64,000 nt of DNA, taken from the NCBI GenBank assembly GCA_041659325.1, contig JBAZYN010000001.1, positions 430,819 to 494,818 on the forward strand, read 5' to 3'. Each line of letters begins with the position of its first letter. Positions within the stretch are counted from its first letter, which is position 1. This stretch comes from Candidatus Shapirobacteria bacterium. Its GTDB lineage: Bacteria > Patescibacteriota > Microgenomatia > UBA12405. The notes below the pieces were generated by a model. The model was not told where the DNA came from, did not search any database, and worked only from the letters and a program-made list of their open reading frames with translations. The translations under genes and the position numbers were made by a program. Below, piece after piece: positions 19,624 through 29,440 of the stretch.

Positions 19624-19965
19624 ATGAGAGTTAAAACAGGCACAGTCCGCCACGCCGGACATAAAAAAATACTTCAGCAGGCAAAAGGGTTTTGGATGAC
19701 CCGTCACAAAAGGTTCAAAGTCGCCAAAGAAGCTGTTATGCACGCCGGCCAATATGCCTACGAGGGCCGTCGCATTAGAAAAAGAGACATTCGCCAGATT
19801 TGGATTGTCCGTATCAACGCCGCCCTCAAACCATTCGAGATCAGTTACTCCAAATTTATAAAATCTCTAAAAGACAAAAAGGTCGATCTCAATCGCAAAG
19901 TCCTCTCTGATCTTGCCACCAACAATTCGGACGCCTTCAAAGCCATCGTTACCTTTATCAAATAA
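19624..19965 (+). CDS. rplT: 50S ribosomal protein L20
   Basis: MRVKTG..AKGF..WIVRINAA..SYSKFI..LNRKVLSDLA. Confidence 0.98.
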   Translation: MRVKTGTVRHAGHKKILQQAKGFWMTRHKRFKVAKEAVMHAGQYAYEGRRIRKRDIRQIWIVRINAALKPFEISYSKFIKSLKDKKVDLNRKVLSDLATNNSDAFKAIVTFIK

Positions 19966-19987
19966 GCACGGGGGCTACTTTAATATT

Positions 19988-20015
19988 AAAGCTCCCTCCA
20001 CCGGGAGCTTTTTTA
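19988..20015 (+). terminator. Intrinsic terminator after rplT
   Basis: AAAGCTCCC-TCCACC-GGGAGCTTT followed by a T run. Confidence 0.8.
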
Positions 20016-20041
20016 ATATAAAATAGACTATAAACTATCAA

Positions 20042-21049
20042 ATGAACCAAGATCTGATCAAAGTGTTGGCCGATTCCAGCACCAAAATTCTTGCCGCAAA
20101 TACCTCCGATGACCTCGAAAAAATTCGCATCGACCTCCTTGGCCGCCACGGCCTGATAAACCAGTTATTTTCTCAAATAAAAGTTGCCTCTGATCCCAAA
20201 CAATACGGTTTTGACCTTAACCATCTCAAAAAACAAATTGAGCAATTACTCTCACAAAAATCAGCCGATATACAGCCAATAATAAGCCCAACAAAGTTAG
20301 AAACCAAAGATTCAATTTTTGCCTTACCAAATGTCGGCCATCTTCATCCCATCACTCAAACCGAACGTCAGATAAACAACCTGTTTCGCAAGTTAGGTTT
20401 TTCTGTTTACGATGGTCCCGAAATAGAAACCGACGAATTTTGTTTTCAACGGCTTAACGTTCCGGCCGATCACCCCGCTCGGGAAATGCAAGACAGCATT
20501 TATATAAAAGAGCCGGATTATTTATTACGCACCCAAACCTCATCTATCGAAGCCCGGCTTTTATCATCCGAAAAACCACCCTTCAAAGCAGCTTTTCCGG
20601 GCAAAACCTATCGCAACGAAAAAGTTACCAAAAGTAACCACTTTATCTTTCACCAATACCAGGGAGTTGCCGTGGACAGGCATATAACCCTAAAAGATCT
20701 TATCGGTACTTTTGACCTCCTGTTCAAAGAGCTATATGGACCCGATGTCAAAGTTCGCTATCGGTGCAAATACTATCCCGAGGTAGAACCTGGTATGGGG
20801 CTAGATCTCCAGTGTTTCAACTGCCACGGTACCGGCTGTCCTATCTGCAAAGGCGCCGGTTGGATGGAAATGGGCGGATCCGGCATCATCCACCCCAAAG
20901 TTCTCCAAATGGCCGGCATTGACCCCAAAGAGTGGCGCGGGTTTGCCTTCGGTCTTGGTCTCGACCGTTGGGTTATGGCCAAATTCAATATCAAGGACAT
21001 CCGCACCCTGCTAGGCGGCAATCTTGCCTACAAACCAAACGAACTATGA
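20042..21049 (+). CDS. pheS: Phenylalanine--tRNA ligase alpha subunit
   Basis: GHLHP, DHPAREMQD, LLRTQTSS and GFAFGLGLDR. Confidence 0.97.
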   Translation: MNQDLIKVLADSSTKILAANTSDDLEKIRIDLLGRHGLINQLFSQIKVASDPKQYGFDLNHLKKQIEQLLSQKSADIQPIISPTKLETKDSIFALPNVGHLHPITQTERQINNLFRKLGFSVYDGPEIETDEFCFQRLNVPADHPAREMQDSIYIKEPDYLLRTQTSSIEARLLSSEKPPFKAAFPGKTYRNEKVTKSNHFIFHQYQGVAVDRHITLKDLIGTFDLLFKELYGPDVKVRYRCKYYPEVEPGMGLDLQCFNCHGTGCPICKGAGWMEMGGSGIIHPKVLQMAGIDPKEWRGFAFGLGLDRWVMAKFNIKDIRTLLGGNLAYKPNEL

Positions 21050-22878
21050 AACTAATTATTTCTGAGTTAAAAAAACTATTACCAAATTTATCCGTAGATC
21101 CGGAAACCCTACGCGACGATTTAACCATGTTGGGCCATTTTGCCTCCGGATTGAAAAAAATTGATGGCGAAATCGTCTTTGATCTGGAAATCCGCCAAAA
21201 CCGAGCCGATTGTCTCGGCTACTACGGCCTCGCTCTCGACCTATCCGTTTTTTATAATATTAATCTAATTTTACCAACACATCCAGTTTTACAGATTACA
21301 GACCTGCCCGCCAGTCAGGCGGGTTACCGATTACCAATTACCATAAACTCCCCCGATGTTAAGAGAATTCAGGCCATCAAAATCTCCGATCTAAAAATTG
21401 CCCCTTCACCAAATTGGTTAATTAAGTTTCTCACTCTTCACGACATCAATCCCATCAACAACCTCGTTGACCTCACCAACTACGCCATGTTGGTTTATGG
21501 CATCCCTTGTCATGCTTTCGATACGGCCAAGACCACCGATAATTTGATTTGGGAAAACAATTCAAAATACAAAAGTCTTGTTTCCCTCGACGGCACTACT
21601 CTGGCATTAAAAGATAACCTCATTATTAGCAATCCCCATGAATGTCTGTCTTTGGGGTTTATTGGAGGTAAGAATTCGGGCATCGAAAATTCAACGGGCG
21701 ATACTATTTTAGAAATGGCCATTTACAACCCCACCCGTATCCGCGCCGATTCCCGTAACTTAAAAACAATTACCGAGGCATCCATTCGTCTTGATAAGTT
21801 TTTAGACACCGAAACCATACCTCAAGCTTTCGCTTTTTTAGTGGACAATGTTTTAAAAATTTGCGGTGGCACTGTTTCTAGCCAATTATTTGAACAATAC
21901 CCCCAAAAACCCAGTCCCATTTTTATCCCTTTTGATCCGTCCAAACCATCCCAATACGCCGGTATAAATATCCCTGTTAATTTTTCGGTTGATATATTAA
22001 CCCGTCTTGGCTGCAAAATTAATGCAAATTTAGTCACTCCGCCGTCTCTCCGAAAAGATATCACCATCGAAGAAGATCTGATCGAAGAAGTCATCCGATT
22101 TTACGGCTACAACAAAATCCCCCTTGATACCCCAATCTCTGCCAATCCTCTAGCGGATATCACCCCAAAAATTCTGCATTTAATCGAATCACTCAAAGAC
22201 AGTTTGGTTTCCCTTGGCTACGACGAAGTCCGTTCCTGGCCTCTCGTTCAAAAACCATTATCCCGAAACGCAATTTATACCCAAAATTCCATAAATTCTG
22301 AATACCCGGTTTTAAGGGAATCAATTGTTCAATCCCTCAAAAACCAACTGGACCAGTTCAATCGATACAAATTACCCCAACCCCGCTTTTTCGAAATCGG
22401 CAAAATATATTATCAACAAGACAAAGAGTACCGCGAAAAATACGCTCTTGGTATTTCCAGTCACGATTCCGACAAGCTGATTTCCGACATCGAAAGCATA
22501 TTTCAAAAAAAGTTTTCCACTTTTAACTCCCAAAAAATGCAAAACCAACTTTTTGTTGAAATTATTCTCGACGATCTAGAAAAACCAATAGCTTATCTCC
22601 CAAAAAACACCACCAATACCGCCATCGAGCTCACTTCTCAGATTATTACTCTCGACGCCAACGTTACATTTGATTCTCGACAGGATCCCATTTCTCTAAT
22701 CCGGCAATACACCAAAACTATTGGTCCTCAATATCTTTGGCAAATTATCGTCACCGACGAATACCAGGACCAACCGACGGGCAAATATCGTTACACTTTT
22801 CGTGTCTCCTATTACAACTGCGACGACAAAACCGCCAAACAGCTCCATCTCAAATCTTTCGACCTGATCAAAATTTAA
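21046..22878 (+). CDS. pheT: Phenylalanine--tRNA ligase beta subunit, shortened (no evident B2 OB domain)
   Basis: NRADCL, INNLVDLTNY..PCHAFD and RKDITIEEDLIEEVIRFYGY. ATGA overlap with pheS. Confidence 0.93.
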   Translation: MKLIISELKKLLPNLSVDPETLRDDLTMLGHFASGLKKIDGEIVFDLEIRQNRADCLGYYGLALDLSVFYNINLILPTHPVLQITDLPASQAGYRLPITINSPDVKRIQAIKISDLKIAPSPNWLIKFLTLHDINPINNLVDLTNYAMLVYGIPCHAFDTAKTTDNLIWENNSKYKSLVSLDGTTLALKDNLIISNPHECLSLGFIGGKNSGIENSTGDTILEMAIYNPTRIRADSRNLKTITEASIRLDKFLDTETIPQAFAFLVDNVLKICGGTVSSQLFEQYPQKPSPIFIPFDPSKPSQYAGINIPVNFSVDILTRLGCKINANLVTPPSLRKDITIEEDLIEEVIRFYGYNKIPLDTPISANPLADITPKILHLIESLKDSLVSLGYDEVRSWPLVQKPLSRNAIYTQNSINSEYPVLRESIVQSLKNQLDQFNRYKLPQPRFFEIGKIYYQQDKEYREKYALGISSHDSDKLISDIESIFQKKFSTFNSQKMQNQLFVEIILDDLEKPIAYLPKNTTNTAIELTSQIITLDANVTFDSRQDPISLIRQYTKTIGPQYLWQIIVTDEYQDQPTGKYRYTFRVSYYNCDDKTAKQLHLKSFDLIKI

Positions 22879-22910
22879 AGTCAAAACTCCCCGTCAAATG
22901 ACAAGCTATA

Positions 22911-22955
22911 TTCTCCCTTGTCAAAGGGAGAAACCCCGAAAAGGGGAGAGGGATT
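22911..22955 (+). repeat. Compound CTCCC..GGGAG palindrome between convergent pheT and PBP genes
   Basis: TTCTCCCTTGTCAAAGGGAGAA + CCCCGAAAAGGGG + AGAGGGATT. Confidence 0.85.
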
Positions 22956-25626
22956 ATAAACCGGTCGTTCCCACAGTTGGTACCACCGTTGGCACAATAG
23001 TCACCGTCGCCATCATTGTTGGTGTCGGAATAGTTACCGTTGGTGTTGCTGTTGGTGGCACGGGGGTAATTGTAGCAGTAGGGGAGGGGCTCCAATTCCA
23101 GGGCAAATTTACACCGATACTTACGTCAGCCACCCCGAAGCTTCCGTCTTTATCAACCGCCTTAACCTTAATTTTATAAAGCCCATCTTTTAAACTAACC
23201 TTGGTTTCATATGGCTTCTCAGTCCACACTTTCTTTTCCTCATCGTTAATCCACATTTTGACCTCAACAATCTTTTTCAGAGATGAGGTGTGAACCTTCA
23301 CCTCAAAATCATTCCCCACTGTCGTTTCATGGTACGGATTATCAAATCCGATACTCACCATCCCGTCAGTCCGACAATAGTCTTCCGGGGGGTTATATTT
23401 ATTTTTATCAGCTTGTTGACCAATCCACTCGTCTATTCCTTCCTGCCACCTATTTCTCCCATCTTTCGAAACAGGATCTTCTTCGGCCAATTTTATATAT
23501 TCCTTTTCTTCGTAATTATTCGAGGCGATATCCTGAGGCGTCGCCAACCCCGCCTTGTCACCCTTACACACTCTCAGCTTCATATGAATCGGATCCGAAA
23601 TTTTCGGCTGCGTTCCGTCAATAAAATATTCTGTCCTGGAGGGAAAACCGTCATGTGCCGGATATCCGGACAATCTGTCAACTTCCGCCGACACAATCCT
23701 GTCCGGGATGGGAAAATCCTGTTTTGGTCGTGTTGGAACTATCAAAAGCATAATCCTTTTCCAGATGGGGCTAGCTCCGGAAACACCCGAAGCCACTTTC
23801 AGCATTTGGCTGTTATCGTTGTTTCCCACCCAAGTGGCCACCAACAAGTTCGGTGTCCAGCCGATCGCCCAGTTATCACGTTTATCATTAGTCGTTCCGG
23901 TCTTTACCGCCACCTGATAATTTGGAATTATCAGCCCATTTACCGCCCCAAAAGTTATTTCTCTTGCAGAATTATCAGACAAAATATTGGATATAATAAA
24001 TGCCTCTTGCGGCGTCATTACCCTTTTGGAATCAATCTGTCGAAACTCCTCCATCACCCGACCGTTGCTATCCTCCACCCTAAGCACCCCCGTCAGCTCT
24101 TTTTTCCATCCCGTATTGGCAAACGAGCTATAAGCCGCCGCCAATTCAATCATCCGTACTTCCGCCCCACCCAAAGTCACCGCCAGTCCATATCTTGACA
24201 GATTTTCTTTTGTCGGTTCCAAAGTTGTCAAACCCATCTCAAACGCCTGCTGCAGCATCTTCTCCAGTCCCACATTGGCAAGCATTTTGACCGCTGTCGT
24301 GTTTATAGAATTGCCCAGGGCATTTCGCAAAGAGATCGGCCCCAAAAATTTACCGGTATAGTTCTGTGGTTTATAATCTTTCTGTCCCTGCGTACCGGCA
24401 AAAGTTACTGGCGTATCCATAATCAAACTCCCGGCCGTCCACCCCTTTTTAATTGCCGTCAGATAGGTAACCGGTTTAATAGCCGATCCGGGCTGCCTTA
24501 GTCCCTGTGTCACTACATTAAAATTACCGTCTGTTTTATCCGAATTGTACCCCCTCGACCCCACCATCGCCAAAACCTGTCCGGTCACCGGATCAACCAC
24601 CAGAGCCGCCCCGTTACTTATACCCATTTTTTCCGCTTTATCAATTTCCTCCGCCACTATCTTTTGCACTTCGTCCTGCAGCTTCAAATCAAGTGTGGTA
24701 GTAATTTTCAAGCCTCCGCCTTCAACCACATCCTCGCCGTACTTTTTTGCCAATTCCTCTTTAACCCAAAAGATAAAATGGGGCGAGACAATCTGGCTCG
24801 AGTTATCAAAAAACTTATAATCCACAGATTGCTTTATCGCCTCATTGTACTGATCCGTGTTTATGTATTCGTCCTGCAGCATTCGATCCAAAACATGTTT
24901 AGTTCTGGCCACATAGGCCTTGGGCGTCGTCGAAAAAGGACTGTACACACTCGGTCTTTGGGGTAATCCTGCCAAAATCGCGCTTTCCACCAGATTCAAT
25001 TCAGACACCGGCTTGCCAAAATACTGTTCGGATGCCGTTCCCACCCCCCAGGCTGTACCACCATATGGAGCCTCGTTCAGATACATCAAAAGTATCTCGT
25101 CCTTCTTGTATTTGGCCTCAATCTGCATCGCCAAAATCAATTCTTTAATCTTCCGCGTTACGCTCCGCTCCGAAGTCAACAAAACATTTTTAACCAGTTG
25201 CTGAGTTAAAGTCGATCCTCCGGTTAAATGGCCCAGCACAAAATAGTTTTTTACGATTCGAAAAGGGGTTAGCGGGTCAAAACCCTTATGGCTATAAAAT
25301 TCCTTATCCTCCACTGCTACGGTCGCTTTTTTCAAATAATCTGGTATCTCTTCCCACACGATAGGTGTTCTTTTAATATCCTTGTAGACATCATACAAAA
25401 GCTCCCCGTTTCGGTCAAAGATTTTACTGGAAAATCCCTCCCTTCTGACTACTTTGGACGGTGTCGGCAAATCCTTGGCATACCAGGCAAACAGCACAAA
25501 AATTCCTACAAACCCCGCCAAAATCATCACCAACGCAAAAACAAAAAATCCCATCAACAATCGACGCCTATCGATTTTCGGTCTCTTTTTTAACATATCG
25601 CAAATCTTTCTTCTTATTTTATCCAC
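22954..25626 (-). CDS. Class A penicillin-binding protein (PBP1a family) with Ig-like domain and PT tail
   Basis: EDKEFYSHKG and GGSTLTQQLVKN (transglycosylase); SAIK, SIN and KTG (transpeptidase). Exact start uncertain. Confidence 0.95.
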   Translation of the reverse strand: MDKIRRKICDMLKKRPKIDRRRLLMGFFVFALVMILAGFVGIFVLFAWYAKDLPTPSKVVRREGFSSKIFDRNGELLYDVYKDIKRTPIVWEEIPDYLKKATVAVEDKEFYSHKGFDPLTPFRIVKNYFVLGHLTGGSTLTQQLVKNVLLTSERSVTRKIKELILAMQIEAKYKKDEILLMYLNEAPYGGTAWGVGTASEQYFGKPVSELNLVESAILAGLPQRPSVYSPFSTTPKAYVARTKHVLDRMLQDEYINTDQYNEAIKQSVDYKFFDNSSQIVSPHFIFWVKEELAKKYGEDVVEGGGLKITTTLDLKLQDEVQKIVAEEIDKAEKMGISNGAALVVDPVTGQVLAMVGSRGYNSDKTDGNFNVVTQGLRQPGSAIKPVTYLTAIKKGWTAGSLIMDTPVTFAGTQGQKDYKPQNYTGKFLGPISLRNALGNSINTTAVKMLANVGLEKMLQQAFEMGLTTLEPTKENLSRYGLAVTLGGAEVRMIELAAAYSSFANTGWKKELTGVLRVEDSNGRVMEEFRQIDSKRVMTPQEAFIISNILSDNSAREITFGAVNGLIIPNYQVAVKTGTTNDKRDNWAIGWTPNLLVATWVGNNDNSQMLKVASGVSGASPIWKRIMLLIVPTRPKQDFPIPDRIVSAEVDRLSGYPAHDGFPSRTEYFIDGTQPKISDPIHMKLRVCKGDKAGLATPQDIASNNYEEKEYIKLAEEDPVSKDGRNRWQEGIDEWIGQQADKNKYNPPEDYCRTDGMVSIGFDNPYHETTVGNDFEVKVHTSSLKKIVEVKMWINDEEKKVWTEKPYETKVSLKDGLYKIKVKAVDKDGSFGVADVSIGVNLPWNWSPSPTATITPVPPTATPTVTIPTPTMMATVTIVPTVVPTVGTTGL

Positions 25627-25738
25627 ACACTTAAAAAGGGAACCATCCCGGATAATAATAATATCACCATTGCAAAAACCAATACAGCTTTCTTAATGGT
25701 TTTAGCCTTTACTTTCATAAGCAATGATAACATAGCAT

Positions 25739-27745
25739 ATGAATTCTCTGTCCGAAATCCCGCTTCTGGGCCCAAAGACCATCGAGAAACTAAAAAAACT
25801 AAATATCCACACCCCCGCAGATCTGATCAATCACTTTCCAGTTAGATATATAGACTTTTCAAAAATTACCAAAATTTCGGATTTAGAGCTAGACTCTAGC
25901 TCAACTGTTACCGGAAAAATAATTAGTTTTCAAAATATTTATACCCGCTATGGGAAAAATATCCAAAAGGCAGTCGTAGCCGATCAAAGCGGCCAAATCA
26001 ATCTAATCTGGTTTAACCAACCCTACCTTTCAAAAAACCTGCCCATCGGCCAAACTTTTAGTTTCGCCGGCACGGTTTCTCTTTTCCAAAACAAAAAAAC
26101 CATAATAAGTCCGGAATACGGAGCTTACAATACCGGCAAAATTATCGCTGTTTATCCCGAAACCAAAGGTCTGTCGTCAAAATGGTTTCGCAAAATTATT
26201 CAAACCAATATTCTCTCGCTATCCGCCAATATAACCGAAAATTTACCCGCCTTGATCTTAAAAAAATTCCACCTTGTAGATAAAAAACAAGCTTACCTCC
26301 AAATCCACATTCCCTCAGGCGTTGCCCATCTCAACCTGGCCCGAAACCGTCTGGCCGTCGACGAGATTCTCTCTCTGCAAGCGCTCTCTTACTTGAAAAA
26401 ACAAAAATGGTTAACCTATCGGCCCAAAAAGATATTTAAATTATCCAAGATTTTTGACTCCCAAATCACTGACTTTATAAAAACTCTGCCCTTCAAACTC
26501 ACCAAAACTCAGGAAATTGCCTGGGAGGAAATAAGAGGGGACTTAACTTCAAAAACCGCCCCCACTAATCGTTTACTTCAGGGCGACGTCGGCTCCGGAA
26601 AAACTATTGTTGCCATGCTTTCCTGTATTTTAGCCTCTCAAAACAAAAGCGTTTCTCTTTTAATTGCCCCCACCGAGATTCTAGCCAAACAGCATTTTGA
26701 CAATTTTTGCCAATTATTAAATCACCAAAAAATCCCCGTCTATCTTCTTACCGCCCATTCAAAAATCGACCTCAAAAAAATTGAAAATAATTCCGTTCTC
26801 GTTGCCACTCACGCCGCCATCTTCAAAAAATCCGAGTTAAAAAGAAAGATAGGGTTACTCATAATCGACGAACAACACAAATTTGGTGTCGAACAAAGAT
26901 CCTTCCTCTCTTCTTCTTCCAATCCTCCTCATTGTCTCACCATGACTGCCACCCCAATCCCTCGGACCATCAGTCTGACTCTTTTAGGAAATCTTGATCT
27001 CTCGCTTCTCGACAGTCTCCCCCAAAACAGGCTAAAAATAAAAACCTTCCTCGTCCCCAAAGCCAAATCAGTCGACTGTTATCACTGGATTAAAAAAACG
27101 GTTCAAACTACCCATCAACAGGTTTTTTATGTCTGTCCTTTTATCGAACCCTCAGAAACTCTCTCCACCGTCAAATCAGCCATCCACGAGTTTGATCACC
27201 TCAAAAATACTGTCTTTCCCGACCTGAAACTCGATCTGATTCATGGCAAAATGAAAACTCCCGACCGGGAAAAAATCATCAATAAATTTCGGGAAAACAA
27301 AACCAACATTCTCGTCACTACTCCGATCATCGAGGTAGGAATAGATATTCCAAACGCCTCTGTCATCGTCATCCAATCGGCCGACAGATTCGGCCTGGCC
27401 CAACTTCATCAGCTTCGTGGCCGTGTCGGCCGAAGTTCAAATCAAAGTTACTGCTATCTGTTTACCGAGTCAGACAACGAAAAAGCAATTAAGCGCCTAA
27501 ACTATCTTGCCGAAAACCACCACGGCCAAAAAATTGCCGAATATGACCTTAGTCTCCGGGGTCCGGGTGAAGTCTTTTCCACTCTCCAACACGGCTTCCC
27601 CTCACTAAAAATCGCCTCATTTTCCAATGCTTCCCTCATCAACCAATGTCAACAGATTCTCAAATACATTCTCGATACAACTCCTGCCTTTGACTTACAT
27701 CAGTTAGTCAATCACACCTTTTTCAACGATTCTCTCTCCTCATAG
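25739..27745 (+). CDS. recG: ATP-dependent DNA helicase RecG
   Basis: RLLQGDVGSGKT, IIDEQHKFG, MTATPIPRT and QLHQLRGRVGR. Confidence 0.97.
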   Translation: MNSLSEIPLLGPKTIEKLKKLNIHTPADLINHFPVRYIDFSKITKISDLELDSSSTVTGKIISFQNIYTRYGKNIQKAVVADQSGQINLIWFNQPYLSKNLPIGQTFSFAGTVSLFQNKKTIISPEYGAYNTGKIIAVYPETKGLSSKWFRKIIQTNILSLSANITENLPALILKKFHLVDKKQAYLQIHIPSGVAHLNLARNRLAVDEILSLQALSYLKKQKWLTYRPKKIFKLSKIFDSQITDFIKTLPFKLTKTQEIAWEEIRGDLTSKTAPTNRLLQGDVGSGKTIVAMLSCILASQNKSVSLLIAPTEILAKQHFDNFCQLLNHQKIPVYLLTAHSKIDLKKIENNSVLVATHAAIFKKSELKRKIGLLIIDEQHKFGVEQRSFLSSSSNPPHCLTMTATPIPRTISLTLLGNLDLSLLDSLPQNRLKIKTFLVPKAKSVDCYHWIKKTVQTTHQQVFYVCPFIEPSETLSTVKSAIHEFDHLKNTVFPDLKLDLIHGKMKTPDREKIINKFRENKTNILVTTPIIEVGIDIPNASVIVIQSADRFGLAQLHQLRGRVGRSSNQSYCYLFTESDNEKAIKRLNYLAENHHGQKIAEYDLSLRGPGEVFSTLQHGFPSLKIASFSNASLINQCQQILKYILDTTPAFDLHQLVNHTFFNDSLSS

Positions 27746-27840
27746 AACTCTATTAAACTTGATTACTTTTTATTGTATTATGATATGGATAATATAAATA
27801 AATACTCTGTACAAATAGTGCTAAACATCTCATATATGTA

Positions 27841-27917
27841 TTGACCAAAAGGTATTTTACAGTGTATACTATAGTCAATCAACGCTCCGGTCATGCGAAA
27901 GCCCACCGGAGTTTTTT
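27841..27917 (+). promoter_or_regulatory. Sigma70-like promoter plus hairpin/T-tract leader upstream of the NYN gene
   Basis: TTGACC-18 nt-TATACT, then CTCCGGT..GCGAAAGC..ACCGGAG-TTTTTT. Confidence 0.6.
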
Positions 27918-27934
27918 GTGTCATAATACACTCA

Positions 27935-28561
27935 ATGAACAGTAATAAAGTAGCATTATTTATCGATGGAGAGAACCTAAGACACTATGTGGAGCAAGTT
28001 TTGCTAGATGGCGGCTTTAAAAAACACGAATTTTCTATCCTAAACATTGATTTTGAGAAAATGTTTAAAGGTGCTTTGAGTGGTTTAAACATAGTAACCA
28101 AAATATATTATTCTGCAAAACTTCAGGTCACACCCGAAACAGAAAAAACTTCCCGGTTGTTAGTCAACAAACAAAGATTTTTAAAAACAAGGTTAGAAAA
28201 ACAAAAGTATCAGTTTTTAATTGCCGGAAAAGTAAGGCCACAACTTATAGACGACGGCAACAAAAAGAAAATTGTATTCAAAGAAAAAGGTGTTGATGTT
28301 CGCATTGCAGTTGACCTAGTAAAAAGTGCGTTTGATCGTAATTTTAATACCGTTGTTTTGTGTAGTTCAGATTCTGATCTTCAACCGGCAATAAAAGAAG
28401 CCAGAAGTCGGGGGCTAGAAATTATTTACTTAGGATTCGAGTCAATGCCAAACAAGGGGTTAACCTTTACCACCAATAAAACAATTTTACTCAGGAGTTC
28501 TGAGATAATAAACGCCATCGACAAAACCACTCAGCTTGAAGCCTTTGATCTTCAAAAATAA
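27935..28561 (+). CDS. NYN-domain (LabA/DUF88, PIN-like) nuclease
   Basis: FIDGENL, KEKGVDVRIAVD and SSDSDLQPA. Confidence 0.92.
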   Translation: MNSNKVALFIDGENLRHYVEQVLLDGGFKKHEFSILNIDFEKMFKGALSGLNIVTKIYYSAKLQVTPETEKTSRLLVNKQRFLKTRLEKQKYQFLIAGKVRPQLIDDGNKKKIVFKEKGVDVRIAVDLVKSAFDRNFNTVVLCSSDSDLQPAIKEARSRGLEIIYLGFESMPNKGLTFTTNKTILLRSSEIINAIDKTTQLEAFDLQK

Positions 28562-28577
28562 TCTGTCAACTCTAATC

Positions 28578-28606
28578 TTGACATCCACTAGATGGGCTTA
28601 TAAAAT
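28578..28606 (+). promoter_or_regulatory. Near-consensus sigma70 promoter giving a leaderless transcript
   Basis: TTGACA-17 nt-TAAAAT, with the ATG at 28613 six nt downstream. Confidence 0.7.
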
Positions 28607-28612
28607 ACAGTT

Positions 28613-28822
28613 ATGTCACCAATAATAGAGATAAAACCGGACCCAGACCAAGGAGAGACATTCAAACCAATATCTGTCCCCGTTTCTCGGAAAACAGTAC
28701 CATCCATAGTAACCGCTTTATGCCTGGCACCGGCAATAGCAAATGATGATGCTTCTAAAGAACAAGTTAGGGAAGCTTTAGTGGATCTAGCTCGAGCGTT
28801 TCGAAGAACTTTTTCGCGATAA
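28613..28822 (+). CDS. Small hypothetical protein
   Basis: 69-aa ORF with its own consensus promoter. Confidence 0.55.
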   Translation: MSPIIEIKPDPDQGETFKPISVPVSRKTVPSIVTALCLAPAIANDDASKEQVREALVDLARAFRRTFSR

Positions 28823-28892
28823 CCATAGTTAGTTAATTGCCAGTCAACTTTCTACTTTCAACTTTCTACTTTCTACTCTATAATACCCCTAT

Positions 28893-29045
28893 ATGACAGC
28901 CTTACCTAAACATTGGCCATCCAGTCGCCGCCAGGGAAAAAGACGTGCCAGTCAAACCGGCCCAAAACTTCAAAAAACCGTTAGCTGCAAACACTGCGGC
29001 CAGCCAAAAATGGCCGGCTATCAATGCTCAAACTGTAAACAGTGA
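28893..29045 (+). CDS. rpmF: 50S ribosomal protein L32 (not in the ORF track)
   Basis: MTALPKHWPSSRRQGKRRAS...CKHCG...CSNC*, overlapping the nusB GTG. Confidence 0.92.
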   Translation: MTALPKHWPSSRRQGKRRASQTGPKLQKTVSCKHCGQPKMAGYQCSNCKQ

Positions 29046-29440
29046 AAAGTAAATTCGACCCCCGTCATATAAAAAGGATCAAAAACATGCAGGCGCTTTT
29101 TGCTCACGCCTGTAGAAACTCTGAACCGATCACCCAAGATACCGCCGACATTATTGCCCACCTCCCGGAAATCGATACCATAATCCAGGAAAATGCCCCC
29201 AAATGGTCAATCGACAAAATAAATCGAATCGATTTAAGTATCCTAAGATATGCTCTTTGGGAATTAATTTTTCAAAAAAAAGCCCCCCCAAAAGTCGCCA
29301 TCGATGAAGCCATCGAAATGGCAAAAGAATTTGGCACCGAAACCTCCTCCTCTTTCGTCAACGGAGTAATCGGTTCAGCTGCCAACAAATTGGGGCTACT
29401 GGAACAAAATGCCCCACAACCAGAACCAAAATCAGCTTGA
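29042..29440 (+). CDS. nusB: Transcription antitermination factor NusB
   Basis: WSIDKINRIDLSILR and PPKVAIDEAIEMAKEFG...FVNGV. Confidence 0.96.
   Translation: MKSKFDPRHIKRIKNMQALFAHACRNSEPITQDTADIIAHLPEIDTIIQENAPKWSIDKINRIDLSILRYALWELIFQKKAPPKVAIDEAIEMAKEFGTETSSSFVNGVIGSAANKLGLLEQNAPQPEPKSA

Noticed and set aside
23283-25696. Long + strand ORFs opposite PBP1a, and similar shadows opposite efp, pilB, pilC and the adhesin genes
   Set aside because: They are antisense to well-supported genes and have no motifs. Strand compositional bias explains them.
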